A stretch of DNA of 64,000 nucleotides, from NCBI GenBank assembly GCA_963663385.2, contig CAXXXD010000002.1, positions 1,216,001 through 1,280,000 on the forward strand, in the 5' to 3' direction. The stretch is from Oceanispirochaeta sp. (GTDB lineage Bacteria; Spirochaetota; Spirochaetia; DSM-2461). The notes beneath the pieces are model-generated. The model did no database searches, was not told the origin of the DNA, and was given only the letters and a program-made list of their open reading frames with translations. The position numbers were made by a program, and so were the translations under genes. Position 1 is the stretch's first letter. Every line of letters starts with the position of its first letter. This document shows positions 63,370-64,000 of the stretch, piece by piece.

Positions 63370-63465
63370 AACCGGGACGCCCATTTGGTTTTTCTCAAGA
63401 TGATTTAATTTCTTATAAAATATGCCGGTCACGGATTTTTATGAAGCGTCTTTGAACAGGAGCTT

Positions 63466-64000
63466 CTATTTGGAGAATTCTCTGGGAGGAAGAACTATAA
63501 CAACCCTGCCCTGTTGCAGAAGCTCCCTGTTGTGGGAAGAGGATGTTATCCGCCTGACTGCATCGTCCGAAAGGATCAGATCGGTTTTGTTTTTACCATA
63601 TATCCCCCGAGCCATGGTTCGGAGAGGGTATACACCAACACGTTCGGACATCTCGCCAATATTCATGGAGTAACTATACCCGGTATTCCCCCATTTGCTG
63701 ATTACCGAGGGCAAGGTTAATTTTTCACTGTGAATTTCATTAAGGGAAGAATCAAATAAACGCGGAAAGAGACAGGGATTAAGTATTACGCTTTCTCCAT
63801 TGGAACCCTGCCAGGGCAAAGGTTCGCCTGCATATATGACAATCCCGGTAAAATCCTCATTAGGCGTGTAAATCGGATTCAGCGGATAGGAGTGGGGTCT
63901 TTCGTGCCTGATCAACAGATCGCCGATATGAGGGAAGAGAGGAAGTTCGTAACGGACGGTGAGAAATTTACGATCCGGAGTAGCTGTTGTGAAAATTTTC
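63466..64000 (-). CDS. Conserved hypothetical protein, 5' partial (runs off window)
   Basis: Frame open to the window end; FTGIVIYA, PCLFPRLFD, RVG..PL...ARG..G...TDLI, LLQQGRVVIV. Confidence 0.7.
   Translation of the reverse strand, partial: KIFTTATPDRKFLTVRYELPLFPHIGDLLIRHERPHSYPLNPIYTPNEDFTGIVIYAGEPLPWQGSNGESVILNPCLFPRLFDSSLNEIHSEKLTLPSVISKWGNTGYSYSMNIGEMSERVGVYPLRTMARGIYGKNKTDLILSDDAVRRITSSSHNRELLQQGRVVIVLPPREFSK

Overview
64 kb of a bacterial chromosome, almost certainly a free-living anaerobic spirochaete (Spirochaetaceae-type 16S signatures; murB/cysS/ECF-sigma/anti-sigma block as in treponemes). Most of the window is housekeeping: mgtE, murB, cysS, glyA, ettA, ispH, trxA, T-box-regulated thrS, pgsA and one complete 16S-tRNAAla-23S-5S operon. 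The standout is the left end (about 1.4-8.9 kb). A REP-associated (RAYT/Y1 HUH) transposase gene is bracketed by inverted GGGACGGAGG motifs, and its ~100 bp right end recurs as a direct repeat 6.7 kb downstream. Between the two copies lie a three-gene nitrogenase-like reductase (NifH-like plus two component-1-like subunits, with DPOR/COR-style cluster ligands and no FeMo-cofactor or nif assembly genes) and a convergent FecBCDE/BtuFCD-type metal-chelate ABC importer. Both operons have candidate DtxR-family boxes, which suggests a mobile, metal-regulated 'import and reduce' system of unknown substrate. Other points of note are a SET methyltransferase/aminotransferase/HDAC/FGGY-kinase gene string, an SH3-SH3-GNAT fusion, a T-box riboswitch in a spirochaete, a base-precise deletion or misassembly junction fusing a half sigma-54 activator to yfcC, a duplicated 5S 3' end and terminator, and several apparently leaderless genes. 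All calls are by eye from sequence and motif recall; no database searches were run.
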